A stretch of DNA of 64,000 bases from Paramecium tetraurelia (taxonomy: Eukaryota). Positions 12,659 through 27,984 of the stretch are shown one piece after another (within the stretch, counting starts at the first letter, position 1; every line of letters starts with the position of its first letter). The position numbers and the translations under genes were made by a program. Under the pieces are notes generated by a model. The model ran no database searches. It had not been told where the DNA came from and saw only the letters and a list, made by a program, of their open reading frames with translations. The stretch is from assembly GCA_000165425.1 (NCBI GenBank), contig CT868006.1:62001-126000 (forward strand), written 5' to 3'.

Positions 12659-13698
12659 TCAATCCTAGACCATTCTGATCTAACTTGGCAGCTAACTCTA
12701 ATATAAACTCTAATTTCCATATTGACTCATTATCAAACTCTTCTGTAATTCATTATTCTCATCCAACCATCCCATCCTCTTTCCCTTCTCCCAAATGCCT
12801 TATTTAATTGTTCCATCCTAAAACACCATCGTTCCTCTTCCATTCTGTAATCCTTCTGCAAAGCTCCCTTCATATCTCTTACCATCTGCCCAAGTGTAAA
12901 CTCCAAAACCATCCTTCTTATCATTCTTAAACTCTCCTTAATAGGATTTCCCATCTGGCCATTTGTACACTCCATATCCATGCATAAAACCATTAAGAAA
13001 CTATCCTTCATACGATCTTCCATTAGCCCATTGATACGCTCCTTGCCCATTGAATTAATTCTGTGCCCATTCACCCTAATATGTAGTTCCATCTGCCCAA
13101 TAATAATTTCCTTCCCCATGTTTCATTCCTCTTGAATAATTTCCTTCATAACGCGATCCATCAGGCCACTCTTGCTTCCCAAATCCGTGCTGCACATCCT
13201 CTTTCCATTCTCCTTCATACTTTCCATTCAGTTTATAATAAAAAGTTCCAAATCCTTCTGCCTACCCTTCATTCCATTCTCCTTCATAAATGTCTCCATC
13301 TGCATGAATAAACTTCCCTCTTCCATGGGGTACATTGTTGTGAAATTCTCCCTCATATCTTGCTCCATCCGGCCCTTTGTTTATTTTATAATTATTATAC
13401 ATTCTTAGATTCCATGACCTTCTCGTATTGTGCCTTTCCATTGCCCCGTATAGAGAACTCCATCTGGAAATTAATAGGTGGGCCGTTCTTCTATTCTGTC
13501 TTCAATTTCAATTGGAACCTATTATTTCTGTATTGGAAGTGATTGTTAGGGTCGATAGCTCATTCTTACTGACTACACAAAGTCTTCTGATGGCCTATCA
13601 GTTAATTCGATGTTCTCAGTGTATAATTCATTATTTGTAGAATCAAATATAACTTCTGCCTTTGAACAATGATCTATTGCAGTACATTAATTTCCCAT
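12659..13698 (-). CDS. MORN-repeat protein with predicted N-terminal acylation (MGNQC)
   Basis: Many YEGEW/F.....HG.G...W.DG repeats in the code-6 frame; the ORF-track protein here is off-frame. Confidence 0.92.
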
Positions 13699-13809
13699 TT
13701 ATAATATTTAATAATAAAATTTACAGCAAAAAATAAACTGAAAAATTAATGAAGCTTTAATTAATTACAAATTCATCGTAACATTATAAATAAATGGTCC
13801 ATAAATAAT

Positions 13810-14924
13810 TCAGGGTAATATCTTCACAAAAGAACTACCAAAAACTGAACTTTTCAGTCCAAAAATGAAGTTAAATCCCATTACATGATCAAGTAATTCT
13901 AAACTCTAAGAGTAAATTTAATGAATACAAAAGTTCTTTTTGCTGTTTGATTGTTCCAGGTTATTTTCCTTGCTCTAAGATTAACCTCTACTACCATGAT
14001 ATCGCCAAAACTTATTTCAATAAACTTGGACTATGAATTTTTTGTGTCTTTTAAACACGTTGTTACAATCCCTTCATTATTTAAGATGTAAGCACTTGAT
14101 ATGAGGAAAAATATATATACCCAATAAATGTACCTTCAAAGGCTTTATCATTTTAAAATACAATATTCTAATGACAAATACCAATCGACACAGCTTCGCC
14201 ACACTAAACTTTAATTCTAGCAATAGAATTTTCAGTTATCACCTCCTCACTTAAAATATACCTTGTTTATAATAAAATGGATGAACTTCTTGCCTCTTTG
14301 TTTTGAAAGCTAAGCTAAATATCTTCATGTTTATTTTTCTTTGAGAATATAAAGTTCGATTACACTTAAGTAATAATCACTTGAGAATTGTTGTTATTGC
14401 TCTAACTCGTTTATTCTTAAGTAGAATTAATAATATATCCTGATAGAGGTTCTTCAATTACCTAAGATGGGCCTTCTTAAGATTATATCAATACCTTATG
14501 AACTTTATATCGATTTTATATCTTGTTTAAGTGCAGAAACTAAAGTGACAATATTAGGTATTTTGTCTAATATTAATTTATCTGATTTTTCTATTTTAAT
14601 TATATTTTTTATGTCCCTTGTTAGATCCTAGTAGCTCTGGTTTTAGATTAATTCATCGCTTATCGATAATTCATTTATCATATCAGATAGTGTTGTTGCC
14701 AATTATTATAATTGAGTAATGAAGTCTTTGATAGTCTTGAGAGTATCTAATTTATTTTTTTTCATATTATTATAATCCTGAAGATCGATCGTATCTGATA
14801 TATGGAAATTATGAAAATCTTTAACGCATCGAAAACAAGACAATCCTTATTTAGGACAACTGCTATTTATGCAAACTGCTATTATATCAGCTTATGTATG
14901 GTCACCATTTTAACAAGAGAGCAT
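13810..14924 (-). CDS. B-box-like zinc finger + coiled coil + SPRY-like domain protein
   Basis: N-terminus C.NGDH..IIAVC..SSC..GLSCFRC..FH..H; C-terminus VSIGICH ... GDIMVVEVNLRARKITWNN. Confidence 0.65.
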
Positions 14925-15018
14925 ATCTGTAAATAAAATTAATAATATTAAATTTCTTACTAAATATCCAGAATAATTTTCAATCAAAGAATTATTCTAT
15001 CTAATATGACCTAAGTAT

Positions 15019-15573
15019 ATGAATCCCAATAAATAAAGACTATATTATTTTGTAATAAGGATGAAGATTTAAAAGAATTTAACTATCTGTCTGCTTATAA
15101 AATATTTTAATGAGTTATATAAATTAGAAGAAAAATTGAATTTGCAATTTAAAAATTATGGGGTTGTTATATATAGTTATAATTTTAAGTATATAGTAAG
15201 AGTGAGCAAATGTCTATTTATATCAGTATCTTCAGGATAATATTTAAGATATTATGGGTTGATAAGGAGAAGGATAAATTCATTTATGGTCCACTTCAAA
15301 ACATAAAAAGGTATGAAACTGGACAAAAGAAATCGAATAAATATTGCGATAGCTGTTTTAACAAAAACTTAGGGGAGTAGGACACAATAATCATTTTTAC
15401 TTTATTTTATTCTTAATAAATATTGTGATTGGAACATTTAACCATTAACGTTTAGTCAGCATAATTAGAATGAAATTATGATATATAACAATCTCTAGAT
15501 TGACTGGAATGTATTAGATTAGAAAGATATAAGGGAAAAGTAGGAGAATTCAGAATTTGTAATCGATATTTGA
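15019..15573 (+). CDS. Possible hypothetical or degenerate gene
   Basis: A ~184-codon code-6 frame exists, but it has no motif and protein-like segments occur in different frames. Confidence 0.25.
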
Positions 15574-15738
15574 CAATTGGATAGAGATTTTAATATTAAA
15601 TTTTAGAGTTTACTATCAAAAAGAGTAATTTCAGGTGAAACACTTAAATGCACTAAAAAGAATTATGGGAGGATGATGAAAAGAAATAATTGGTTGATTT
15701 TATAATGAAAGTTAATTAATTTAATTTTTGGAGCCAAA

Positions 15739-17059
<1,321 letters not shown>

Positions 17060-17088
17060 TTTTATATATATATATATCAGTATTATTA

Positions 17089-19497
17089 TCACAGTTTTTG
17101 CTGTTAAACCTATCTTCCTGAGGGTGGTTTTTATTCTAAAGGGTTTAAATTAGAAACTTTAATAAAATTTTTAATTACTTTTCTTAATTAAGGGTGGAGT
17201 AACTTGAGACGCATTTTAATTATTATTTGAATTATTATTGATATTGATTGCCTCGCATTAGTTGTTAAAGTTTGGAACAGTACTCCCTCGATTATCAATA
17301 GGATTCAAAATAACCTTTTGGTGGGTTCTCCTCTATTACTATTATTATTGTAAATCATCCCTTTGATTTCTAGTGTTTTTTCCTTCATAAAGTTCTAAAA
17401 GCTATTAATTTAATTTCGTTTTTTCGACAATGCTCATCCCCTTGTTATCAGAGTTTCCATTCATTCTTGGTTATGATTCACCTACTTTCAATATATAGTT
17501 ATACCTTTCCTCTGTCTTCCAGGTGATGCAATTCTAGTGTTTTCTACATCTCTATAGCTAGATGGTAATGCTCTCTGATGGATTTCAACATGTCTTTCTT
17601 ATTTTTCTACATCTATTAGGTCCATAGCTTTTTAATAAGGCAGATTTGGGAAGTTAACTTTCTTTGCTTTGATGTTAAATGGAGGTATTTTGTAATCTTC
17701 CGATTCGTCATCCCATTCGCAACTATGAGTAATTTTGTCTATTTCCTCTTGTTATAGAATCATCTTCAAAATTCCAGAATACAATTTGATTTCCTTAGAT
17801 TACGATCTAATGGTATCCAAAAACTCTTCCTTATCATATTCAAAATCTTATTTCATTTCATTTTATTCTTATTATTGCTATTCATATTTATTCTTTAAAT
17901 ATTTGACGAGTTTTCTTAATTTATCAACTTCATCCTAAACACTATTGTATTTATTTTCAATCTCAAGCATTTCCTTTTCCTTTAATTCCTATTGAATTTT
18001 CAATTATTCATGTTCCTTCTTCTATTGTTCTATAGCCTATTGCATCTTCTTGTACTTTTTCTTGTCATCATCTGTTCCTTTCCCGCCCTTAATCATCATC
18101 TACTCCTTCTCCTTCAACAACTCTTCCAATCTCTACCTTGCCAATCTCTCTTGTTCTGCTTATTCGCTTTTTTACTTCATTTCATTCTCATATCTCTGTT
18201 TCTCCTATAGTAATTAATTATTAATCTCTTTGAATTGATTTATTTGTTCATGATGACTATTATCAACATTGTTTAATTTCCCATCCTTATCAACATTCTG
18301 TCGATCTCCATTGTCCTAGTTTTATCTGAGCAATAATTCTCTAAGTTTCTTAATTTCTTCAGCCTATTCCTTTAACATAGCATCTTTGGGATCTTCATTT
18401 ACTTTTGGTTGATTCTTAATCATCTTGGCTCTGGAAGCATATCTTAGACTTGACAATGTCTCATCATAATTGAAATCAGAAGGAGATATGGCAGTGATCA
18501 TAATGGTCTTGGTATTACCACCAAGTGAATCCTACAATAATCTAGTTAATTTAGAATCTCTGTATGGAATGTGTTGAGTTTTACCATCAACCAAGGCTGA
18601 AATCACATTCCCTAGGGCAGACAATGACAAATTAATTTTGGTTGCTTCTTTCAATCTGTCTCCTGTAGCCTAGGTCTTAGATTGTCTCTCACTTCCTGCT
18701 AGATCTACTAAGTTCAGTTTTCCAGCAATAATGCGTTCATTTCCCTTGTCATCAGTCATTGAACATTCCATGTACACTGTAAAAATACAATGACTCCTAC
18801 TTGATTCCTTATTCATGGCTGTTGCCCCTACTGATCTATTCTATGCTCCCAAGGCCATATATTTATCCATATCTTATAATGTTTTCACAATGGGAATATT
18901 CAAATCCTTAACATAGAGTCCTTATTGTCCTTCCTTTAATTCGTATCTCTATTTAACATCCTTACTCAATAAATCATGTATTTCTTCATTGTAAATTTCA
19001 ATGTATGAACACCTCAACAAGAACTTCTTATTGGAATCTGAATTGTTGTTGATGATGCTGATTATCTATTCAAATGTTCTTGGTATAATGCCTTTCATGT
19101 TATCCTAAGATTTATGTGATTGAATATACATTTAATGGATCTCCAATCATCGTGAACGTCTTTCCACAACCTAAATGATGACTCATATTGAATACCCGTT
19201 TGACCATAGGCAAAGATGGTACCGTTGTACCCTTCAGCAACTGACTCTACCAAATTAAATGCAGTCTATTAATATATCTAAATTTGAGGAGTCTCTGGTC
19301 CAAATACGTAATCATATGTAAACTGTTTCTTGTCATTGTCCTAACTCTAGCAATAGTATAATTTTCATTATTACTCTAAAGAGTTCTACAGAATTTGTAC
19401 TTTCATAAACATTGACACATGGCTTGCTACCATTGTCTCTCTCCTTCTAATTGAAGGGTCTGACTCTAACTATAACCTTCACGCATTCAGCTGGCAT
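17089..19497 (-). CDS. Kinesin-2 family motor (KIF3/KIF17/OSM-3-like)
   Basis: [72 protein letters not shown], neck [12 protein letters not shown]. Confidence 0.93.
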
Positions 19498-19534
19498 AAC
19501 AATATAACGATTGTAAATATTAATTAATATAATA

Positions 19535-20855
19535 ATGTACCCTCAATAGTCCTCTTTAGCAAGATTACAGAGGGAACATCGTTTGATGCCTGTGGCGTTG
19601 TATTCTCCGTAAAAAGAGAATCTGCAGAGATTACTGCCTCGATATCCTGAGAGTGTGGATGTGGGAACCACTAGCAGTAAGTATTAGGGGAATGTGTCAT
19701 TGCCTGCTTTGCCTCCACTGAAAAAGTTGAATAAGATAGAGTAGACAGTATAGATTTATAAGGGGAAAGTGAACAAATTGCCCTCTCTGCAATTAAGTGA
19801 TCAATATTTGCAAAGGAAAAAACAGATATCAGAAACTGATGGGATGAGAAAATCGATCACGCCAGAGAGGAGACAAGGAAAAAGGAGTTCAGTTTAATTC
19901 GCAATGAGAACTAAGGCAGGATGTTAGCCTAACAAGGTGACAAAAATAAATCAGGATGCAGCCATATTGTGTCCAAAGAATTTAGAAAAGTTTAAAATGT
20001 TCTTATCAGTAGTATGGGATATAAGTTCTTTGCTGTTTGTGATGGACATGGATAATATGGTCACATGGTCTCCAATTAGATCAAATAATAATTGCCCAAG
20101 CATCTCGGAAAACTATTGAAAGAAGTGGGCAACTTAGAGAGCAACATCTTCAGGGCTTTCGAAATAACAAACAACGAATTGTGCAATTCAGAAATCGACA
20201 CCAACTTGTCTGGATCAACAACTGTATCTTTGCTCATGATCAAAGACATTGTACATTCCTCAAATCAAATAGATTTACTCTGCAAATGTCGGGGATTCCA
20301 GAGCAATCATGTGTAGATTCGATGATGGATGGTAGGTAGTGGAATTGAGTCGGGATCACAAACCAGATGACCCACAAGAAAAAATAAGGATCTTGGATGC
20401 AGGAGGGAGAGTCGAATAATAGAAGGGTTGTGAATCTATTGTTATCTGTAGATTTCCATGGCAACGGCATTGGACCATTTAGAGTTTGGCTGTCTTACAT
20501 CCAGGCTCCTGGGTTGGCAATGACCAGGTCATTTGGAGACAAAGTTGGTGCTTAAGCTGGAGTTATTGCTGAGCCTGAAATCTAAAAGTTCTCTATTAGT
20601 GCACAGGATCAATTCATTGTCGTTGCGTCGGATGGAGTGTGGGAGTATATGAGTAATGAAGAGGTACATTCCGAATCAATTAGGTGATGAGTGTTGTGAT
20701 TCCATTTTTGGACAAAGATAATCCTGAACAAGCAGCTGAACGAGTTGTAATTGAAGCCACGTAGGCATGGAGAAGAGTAATTTTATTTTACTTATTTGCA
20801 GAACAGTTTAGCAAGGGACGATATTACTTGTATAGTTATATTCTTATAAAAATGA
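19535..20855 (+). CDS. Protein phosphatase 2C
   Basis: KINQD, FFAVCDGHG, SGSTT, ANVGDSR, LSRDHKP, GLAMTRSFGD, VASDGVWE, RDDIT; 5 introns including one of 20 nt. Confidence 0.95.
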
Positions 20856-20888
20856 AAAATTTATTAATTATAAAATATCACAGCATTT

Positions 20889-21729
20889 ATGTCTCAAGAT
20901 CCTTTCCCCAATGAACCAAAACTCAATACTGCTAATGAAGTTGACTAGTATATCAAGACTCTTTAGCAATATCAGGACTCTTGTGAGAAATCTTCAGAAT
21001 ATATGCAGGCTGATGCTGCTCAGAAGAGAATTGTAGAGTTGAAGAAACAGTTGGTTTAAAGAAGGAGAAAAGAAATGCAATAAGCACACAGCCAATAGGA
21101 ACAAGAAATTGAAAGGGCTCATCTCGACGATTTTAATTAATTCAACCAATTCTGGGATTAGAAGATGTAAAAATTTAATGATGAAGCTTCAGCTGTAGAA
21201 TAGGAATTATTAAACAAATAATAAAATGAATATAATAAAGTCTCGGAGGAATTAGAAAGCACAATCTCTTAAAAGCCTAAAGAATCTTCTGACGTTCTCA
21301 ATCTCAAAAAAAGAGAAGAATATTTGGCCAAATAAAAGAAGTATCCATTTCTATAATTTTTTGTTACGTTGATGCTCAGAAAATCAAAGAACAGAGACTC
21401 CTAATTGAGGATGCTGATTACTAGAAATACTAAATTGAAAGGACCAATAAAATTAATACCCAGTTGAAACAATTGAAAATGAGACATAAAAATGAAGTCA
21501 ACAATCTTCAATAAAGAATCAAAGCAGGATAGGATGAATAAAAAAAAAATCGTAGCCTCGAACTCGAAAAGTACATTCTCCTCATACTATTATTCTTAGA
21601 TTGCTCTAAAAATATCAAAACATCAAAAAAGAATTGGAAATCAAATAGAAGATGGACAAATTGGCTTTTGAAGGATAATTCACCAATAAAGGCAGTTCCA
21701 ATTAAAGTGTTTACATGAGTTAAATGTGA
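20889..21729 (+). CDS. Coiled-coil protein of unknown function (first intron lacks a canonical AG)
   Basis: MSQDPFPNEPK..EYMQADAAQKRIVELK..FNQFWDQKM..LAKQK; the frame continues only after removing 21341-21363. Confidence 0.7.
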
Positions 21730-21809
21730 CTCTGTAAATTCATAAAGAAAATTATAATTGCCCATTTTTTATATATTAATCTTCTAATTTAAATTAAAAA
21801 TTCAACAAA

Positions 21810-22876
21810 ATGACTGACTCAGGTTTTGAATGCTCCCTCTGTATGAAATTGGCCATGTCAGCATAAATATGCGAAAAATGTGGATTTATGTATTGCAAAC
21901 AATGTCTCCTAGAAATATTTGGTCATAACTATGAATGTGTCTAATGCCAATCCAAATAATTTAAACCTATTGAGTAGTCAGCCCTCTAAGAAGCCTATGA
22001 AGAAATTCTCACCAAATCACAAATCATACTACCTCCTAAAATTGATAAACCACCTCCAGAACCTCCAGTTGTTATAGAAAAATAAAAATTGTAAACATTC
22101 TTAAAAGAAAATTGTATAAACTTTGATATCTGTAAATCAAATATCAATCCAATATTCTAAAATGAATAAGTGTGTAGTTTAGAATGTCTATACTTTACCA
22201 AAATAATTCAACTCTACGAATAATAAGATTTTGCTAATATTAGAAAAGAAATAATTAATTTGGAAAAGTATTAAACTCTAAAAAATGTATAGCCAATTCC
22301 ATAGGTAGGATTCAGCTAATATCTTAATGGAAATTCAATATTTACTTTTAATAGATGTGGTCCAGGAATACAGATAATTCAATCAACAGTAATATTGTAG
22401 GAGGAAGAATATACATTTAAAACTGCCACTAGTTCTGTTGGGTTCTAGAATGGAATTCACTTTTGGAAAATCATTCCTTTGGCAATGACTAAGAATGAAA
22501 TGAAAATTGGAGTATCGACTTCTGATAAATATGATCTCAAAACAGCCTTTTCTGACTACAATTTTGGATATGCCTTCTACACAGTTGGGTAATTTAGAAA
22601 TGGAAGTAATTCTAATGTAATTTCTGTAATTTAATCTAGGGATTTGAATACGGAGTCAAATTTACAAACACTGGCGAAGTCGGAGTCTTGCTTGACATGA
22701 ATAGGGGAGTACTGGCATTCTCATACAATGGAAATTTTCTAGGAAAAGCCATAGCAACAGAAGCTCTTAAAAAAGGACCGATATATCCCTGCGTTGCATT
22801 ACTTCATCAAGCAGGATTTGAATTTTAATGCGGTCTACCGGCCCCGTAAAATTTACTTGATTAATTTTTAAAATGA
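21810..22876 (+). CDS. RING finger + SPRY domain protein (putative E3 ligase)
   Basis: CSLC..ICEKCGFMYCKQC..CVQC; SPRY-like GIHFWKI, MKIGVST, VGVLLDMNRGVLAFSYNG, IYPCVAL. Confidence 0.85.
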
Positions 22877-22917
22877 TTTCTAATTAAATATAGAATTAAT
22901 TCATTTAATTAATTAAG

Positions 22918-25114
22918 TCAAATATTGTATTTAAATGGAATCCAAGGGATGATTATCTTTCGTCAATTTAGCCTTATTTTTTACGAAAACCCTACTCGGA
23001 GACTAAAATGTCTTGTCTAAATGTAACGTTTAATGAGATGATTATCTTGAATTCGTAGTTTTTGGAGATGGCAATCCTACAAATTAAATCTATTAGATAC
23101 TTGATGCCAAACTACACAATATTGCTTACTGATCCTTAAACATTTATTCAAACTACTCTTTGTATTGTTTTTAAAAGAAATTTGCCTTTTACTTAATAGA
23201 ATTCATCAAATTATCCAACTAGATTTACGACTCTCCATAGGCCTTATCACACAACTTATAATAGAGTCCTTGAATAGTAATATTTATATCAGATGATAAG
23301 TCATCTGGAGCAATGTGATAACAAATGTAAGAGATTATTTAGACAAAGAAATTCATCCAATTCTATTCTTCTTTTATCATTTAACTATTAATAGATAACA
23401 ATAAATGTTTACTTTTTTAGCTCCCTTATTTTATTTTAGATAGTATCCTTTAATTTATCATTCTCAGTCTAGAGTCTTCTGGTTTCAGTGTTCACAGATT
23501 ATTAATGATTATTATTCATTAATTTAGGAATTTCTTGTTACAATTTTTGCATATCCTAAACTAAATTAGAAAACTGCTATTCTTTGAATTCTAACACTTA
23601 GTTCACATCCTATAATTTAGTTTATAATAGATTGTTAATATTCTCTAATTCTATGATATACATTTCCTATTCATGTAAATCAAATTACGATTATTATAAT
23701 TGGGTGGCTATTTAAGATTTCTCCTCCTACAACTCCTTAAGATATTGTCTTAATTCTATTTCAGTACTCTGTTATCGGTCATATAGAGCAGAAAGCTTTT
23801 GTAAGTTTTTAACGTTTTCTTCATGATAATCTTAAGGCTGATATTCATATTGAGATTCATTGTGAATGCTTTGATCCCCATTCATTCCGATTATATCTTT
23901 GATTATTTGATATAACTGAACCTACTGAGGATTAGTTGAACTCTTTATTTATAACTATCTTTAAGTGTAATATTCTTATAATTATTCTATTCTGCTCTCC
24001 AAATAATCATTTTCCAATTGTAATTCTTTTATTTATTTCTTCTATATTTTATTTTCCTTATTAATATCCTCCAATTAAAGTTTACTCTAAAACACATAAT
24101 GCTAAGACTTTTTTTTAATTGTTTTTGTTTTTTCTTTCTCCTATTTCAATAGTGTAGAAGTAGTCGATATAAAACTTTGCTGTAACTTATCTATTGTTTC
24201 TAAGAAGTTCTTTTTAGATCCTTCTAAATTCTAGTTTTATTTATTAATAAATAGTACTTTTCTTATTAGATTAATATCCACACTATATTGTTCAATTATG
24301 AATTGATTTTAGTTTTTAACACATCTATCCTTGTTTATCAGTAGATTTAAAATTTTAGCATACAAAAATTAGTCCTCTTTGTTTTCTGCCAATAATTCTA
24401 ATCGAATTCCATTCTTAGCTTCAATTGCCAAAAAACAATCCTATTCAGCATTTGGGGGTAGAACAAAATTCTTCTTTATCAATTTATATCTAAATTAAAC
24501 ATGAATTGTTACTTATTGTAATTTGTATGAATCTATATGATTTAATCTATGGGGATAGTTTATTTGGCTGATGGAAATTTTGAAGTTTTAGACTTCCAAC
24601 AAATTGAATCTAAGAATGAACAATAAAATATCATTCTTTAATCCCATTTCTTGCAATTAGAACGGGAAAATTTGATGAATTAGGTACCTTTCATAAGTTG
24701 TTAAAACTCTTTAAATTTTGCTTCAGTTTTTTGCTGTAAGTTCATGCAAACATCAAATTGAGTTGCTATCTAAACTATCTAATTATCAATGTCCTTTATA
24801 TCTAGTCATATTCATAAAGCAAACCTTTTTCTAATTTTTAGACAATCAAATTATCTATCTTATAGGCTTATTGCCATTAACGCAAATCGTTCTCCAATGA
24901 TTGTTCCAATATACTGCTGCGATCTAAACATTATGAATCTACTGAAAAATCATTTACAACTTTGATTTCAGAGATCTTTGACATTTCTCAAATTATTCAG
25001 AATTCAATACTCTAATCTGAAGTTTATGATTTAGTGTGGGTCGAATCTATGATAGTGTCGTCTTTATATCTTATTGCTTGATGCCTGTATAAATTGTGCT
25101 ACTTATTGGGACAT
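22918..25114 (-). CDS. Hypothetical coiled-coil protein (several introns)
   Basis: MSQQVAQFIQASSNK..; long Q/E/K-rich code-6 reading with minus-strand GT..AG introns; exon structure not fully resolved. Confidence 0.55.
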
Positions 25115-25768
25115 CTTTGTTAGTTCATCTTTAAATTTTGAATTTAACGAATATTATCTTTAATACTTTATTAAAAAACACAAATAATACAGATCAAATA
25201 TATGCAATCTTAATTCCTCAAAAGATGTCAATTAACTATAATAAAAGATTATTTAACACCTTAAAGTAAATATTGAATTTATACTTCAAAAAGAGTTAGA
25301 TTTGTTAAAAAAATCAACTGCTTTAAGAATATATAGGCTATTTGATTTACAATTCAGATTATTTGATCAAATCTAAAAATGGAATATATTAGATTAGATG
25401 CTTACTATTTATCAATTGTTTGTATCTTTTTGTGTATTTCTGAATTTAATAAATTTGACAAATCATAAAAAATAAGGTATCTCAACCTTTGACTTAAGAA
25501 AAACCTTAATAATTATGCTATGAATATTATGAAACTTCAATCTTAATAATAAACATCGTTAGATTTACAGATCCTCTAAGGGTCCATGTATTTTCAGCAT
25601 ATCAATTATTTATTTCATCTCAAAATATCCATCATTAACTTATTATTATCTATAAATGACATTAACTTTTATTCCTTTAATGTAAGAATATGTTTCGAGA
25701 ACTTTCATTTATTTGTCCTTCCAATTCAATAATCTATTGATATACATATAAATATTAATTAAAAATAT

Positions 25769-26943
25769 TCAGATTTGTTTTAATTGATTTCTAATTTTGT
25801 TTGATTGTTCTAATATCATGTTGTATTTCTCATTCATTCTTTATAGTCGCTCTAATTTTAATACAATTTCTTACAATTTAAATCCTCCTTTGAATTTTGT
25901 AGCCCATCCTTCTTTATAGACTTTTCCTCTTAAGATTAAGATCTAGTAGGTACTTTAACAGGACGAGGTGCAGATGCTTATTTGGGTGAAGTTAAAGGAG
26001 TGAATTTTGAACTTTAAGAGGTGTTCAATTTTCGACTTGTATTGCTACTAATTTATGGTTTGAATGTGCATTATTCCATTTCTTTACGTTATTTTTCTTT
26101 ATCCGCAACCTTTTTCATTTATTATCTCTTCTCATATGTTGATTTCAAATCATCCTTCAAACCAGGACTTTATTTTAGTTACTAAGCTTTTGGTGAAATA
26201 TTAGTTTATTGTATAAGAGATTACTGCTTTTTCCCTTTCTCCTTTACAATTTCCTTATCCAATTAAGCAATTTCATTAAGCAATTATTGCTTTTTGCTTT
26301 ATAATTGTTAATGGAATGATTGCTGAAGGATGTTTGGACTTGCAGGAGTTACTTGAGATTATTTACTCGTATTAATATTTTCAATTATTTTACTTACTTT
26401 TGGATGTGGTTTTGGGACAGTTTGGATAGGTTAGTCTATTGATTTTCTTCGAAAAGTTTAAGATGTTCTGGATATATCTATTTATTAAGATTATGCAGTT
26501 GAATAATCTAATTGTTATTTCTTTAATGCACTTTTCAAAGTAGGCTTGCTTTAATCGATTCTCATTTTTGGTTTAAATTTTCCACTGTTTTTTGTTCTCT
26601 TTATTTATTCTTTAATAACTTTTTATCTTTCACAATAAGCTTTCTCTGCTTCTTCAGGAGGCATTTAACTATAAGTGTAGGTTTTCTGTGTTTTCTCTTC
26701 TTCAATAAGAGGAGCATTTTTAACCGTTGAATAGGAGTTTCCAACATTAAATAATCCACTATCTGAGTAGATGTTAATAATTTTTGAAGGTGATTACTCA
26801 TTCTCATCCGTAGATTTGAGGGGAGAGCTAGCGACAATAAAGTTTTGTGTTTAAGAATTAGACGAAGTCTTTTTTTTAAATGTCAATGCTGATCCGTTTG
26901 TAAAGGCTGAACAAGCCACTTTAATCAACGGAGAAGCTGACAT
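25769..26943 (-). CDS. Hypothetical low-complexity protein with a CTFKP motif
   Basis: MSASPLIKVACS..; KEMEQCTFKPQI motif; ends ..RNQLKQI*. Confidence 0.65.
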
Positions 26944-27984
26944 TTTTGAATAAATTAATTTAATTATATTATATAACAATGTTGGCTACTATTAAAAATT
27001 AACTAATACTTTTCAACCAGAATATTATTCTCTTAAGAATTTTAATTTCTCTATTTTTAAATTATTTATCAACAAAGACTGGATTAATCAATATAATCAT
27101 TTTAAACTTTAAAACATCCTCTTATGAAGTAATAGATTAAAGATTATAACCAATATAATCTTGAATTTAAACTCTAAATATTTTAATCCTTAAGCTGATA
27201 AAAGATTACTATAAAAAGTCAAAAAATTTTATTGTTAAGCATCCATATTATGTAAAATAAAGAAAAAAAATTTGGAACATAGGAAGATAAGAATTATTTT
27301 GGTAAAATTCTGAAATATTTAAAATCAATTACAGAATAAGATTATAAGACAAATTAAGATAGATAAAGATATAATCTTTAGAGATATTATTTATTCAAAG
27401 CTTAAACTTTATTAATGATAAACAATAATTAGACTTGTGCAATCTTAATGTTATTGAATCAAACTCAAAGGTTTTTTCAATATTAAATATTTTCATAGGA
27501 AATATGAGGATATTTTGATTATATCATTATCATTTGTATCACATAGATTATACAAAATAATCATCTTAGAAAGATATCTGAATGTCGAAAGTAATAATTT
27601 TTAAAAACACAAAAAAACTATATATTTGATAATTTGGATATCAATAAAGGATAATTCACATAGGGTATTTTGCAAAATAAATTTATACTCAATTTTGAAT
27701 AATTATGTAAATAACAATCATATATTTATTCACATTTAATAGAATAAGATATTATTATTACAAAACATAAAATACTATAGAAATTGATTAATTCAATCAT
27801 AATATAATAATAAAAGTCTCATGTTTAGCAGAGTTACCAATAATAAGAATTTTGGCAACAACGATTATATATATTTTGTACCAATGATGTTGATAACACT
27901 ACTTGTAGCAATTATAATGATTAACTAATTAAATTTATAAACTTAAGAGTCAAATATCTTTATAGATAAATATATTAATCTTAA

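Noticed and set aside
12733..13119. 128-aa Met-rich ORF in the track
   Set aside because: Off-frame reading of the MORN-repeat gene
25200..25740. Possible short + strand gene
   Set aside because: Open frames are expected by chance with a single stop codon; no motif or clear start
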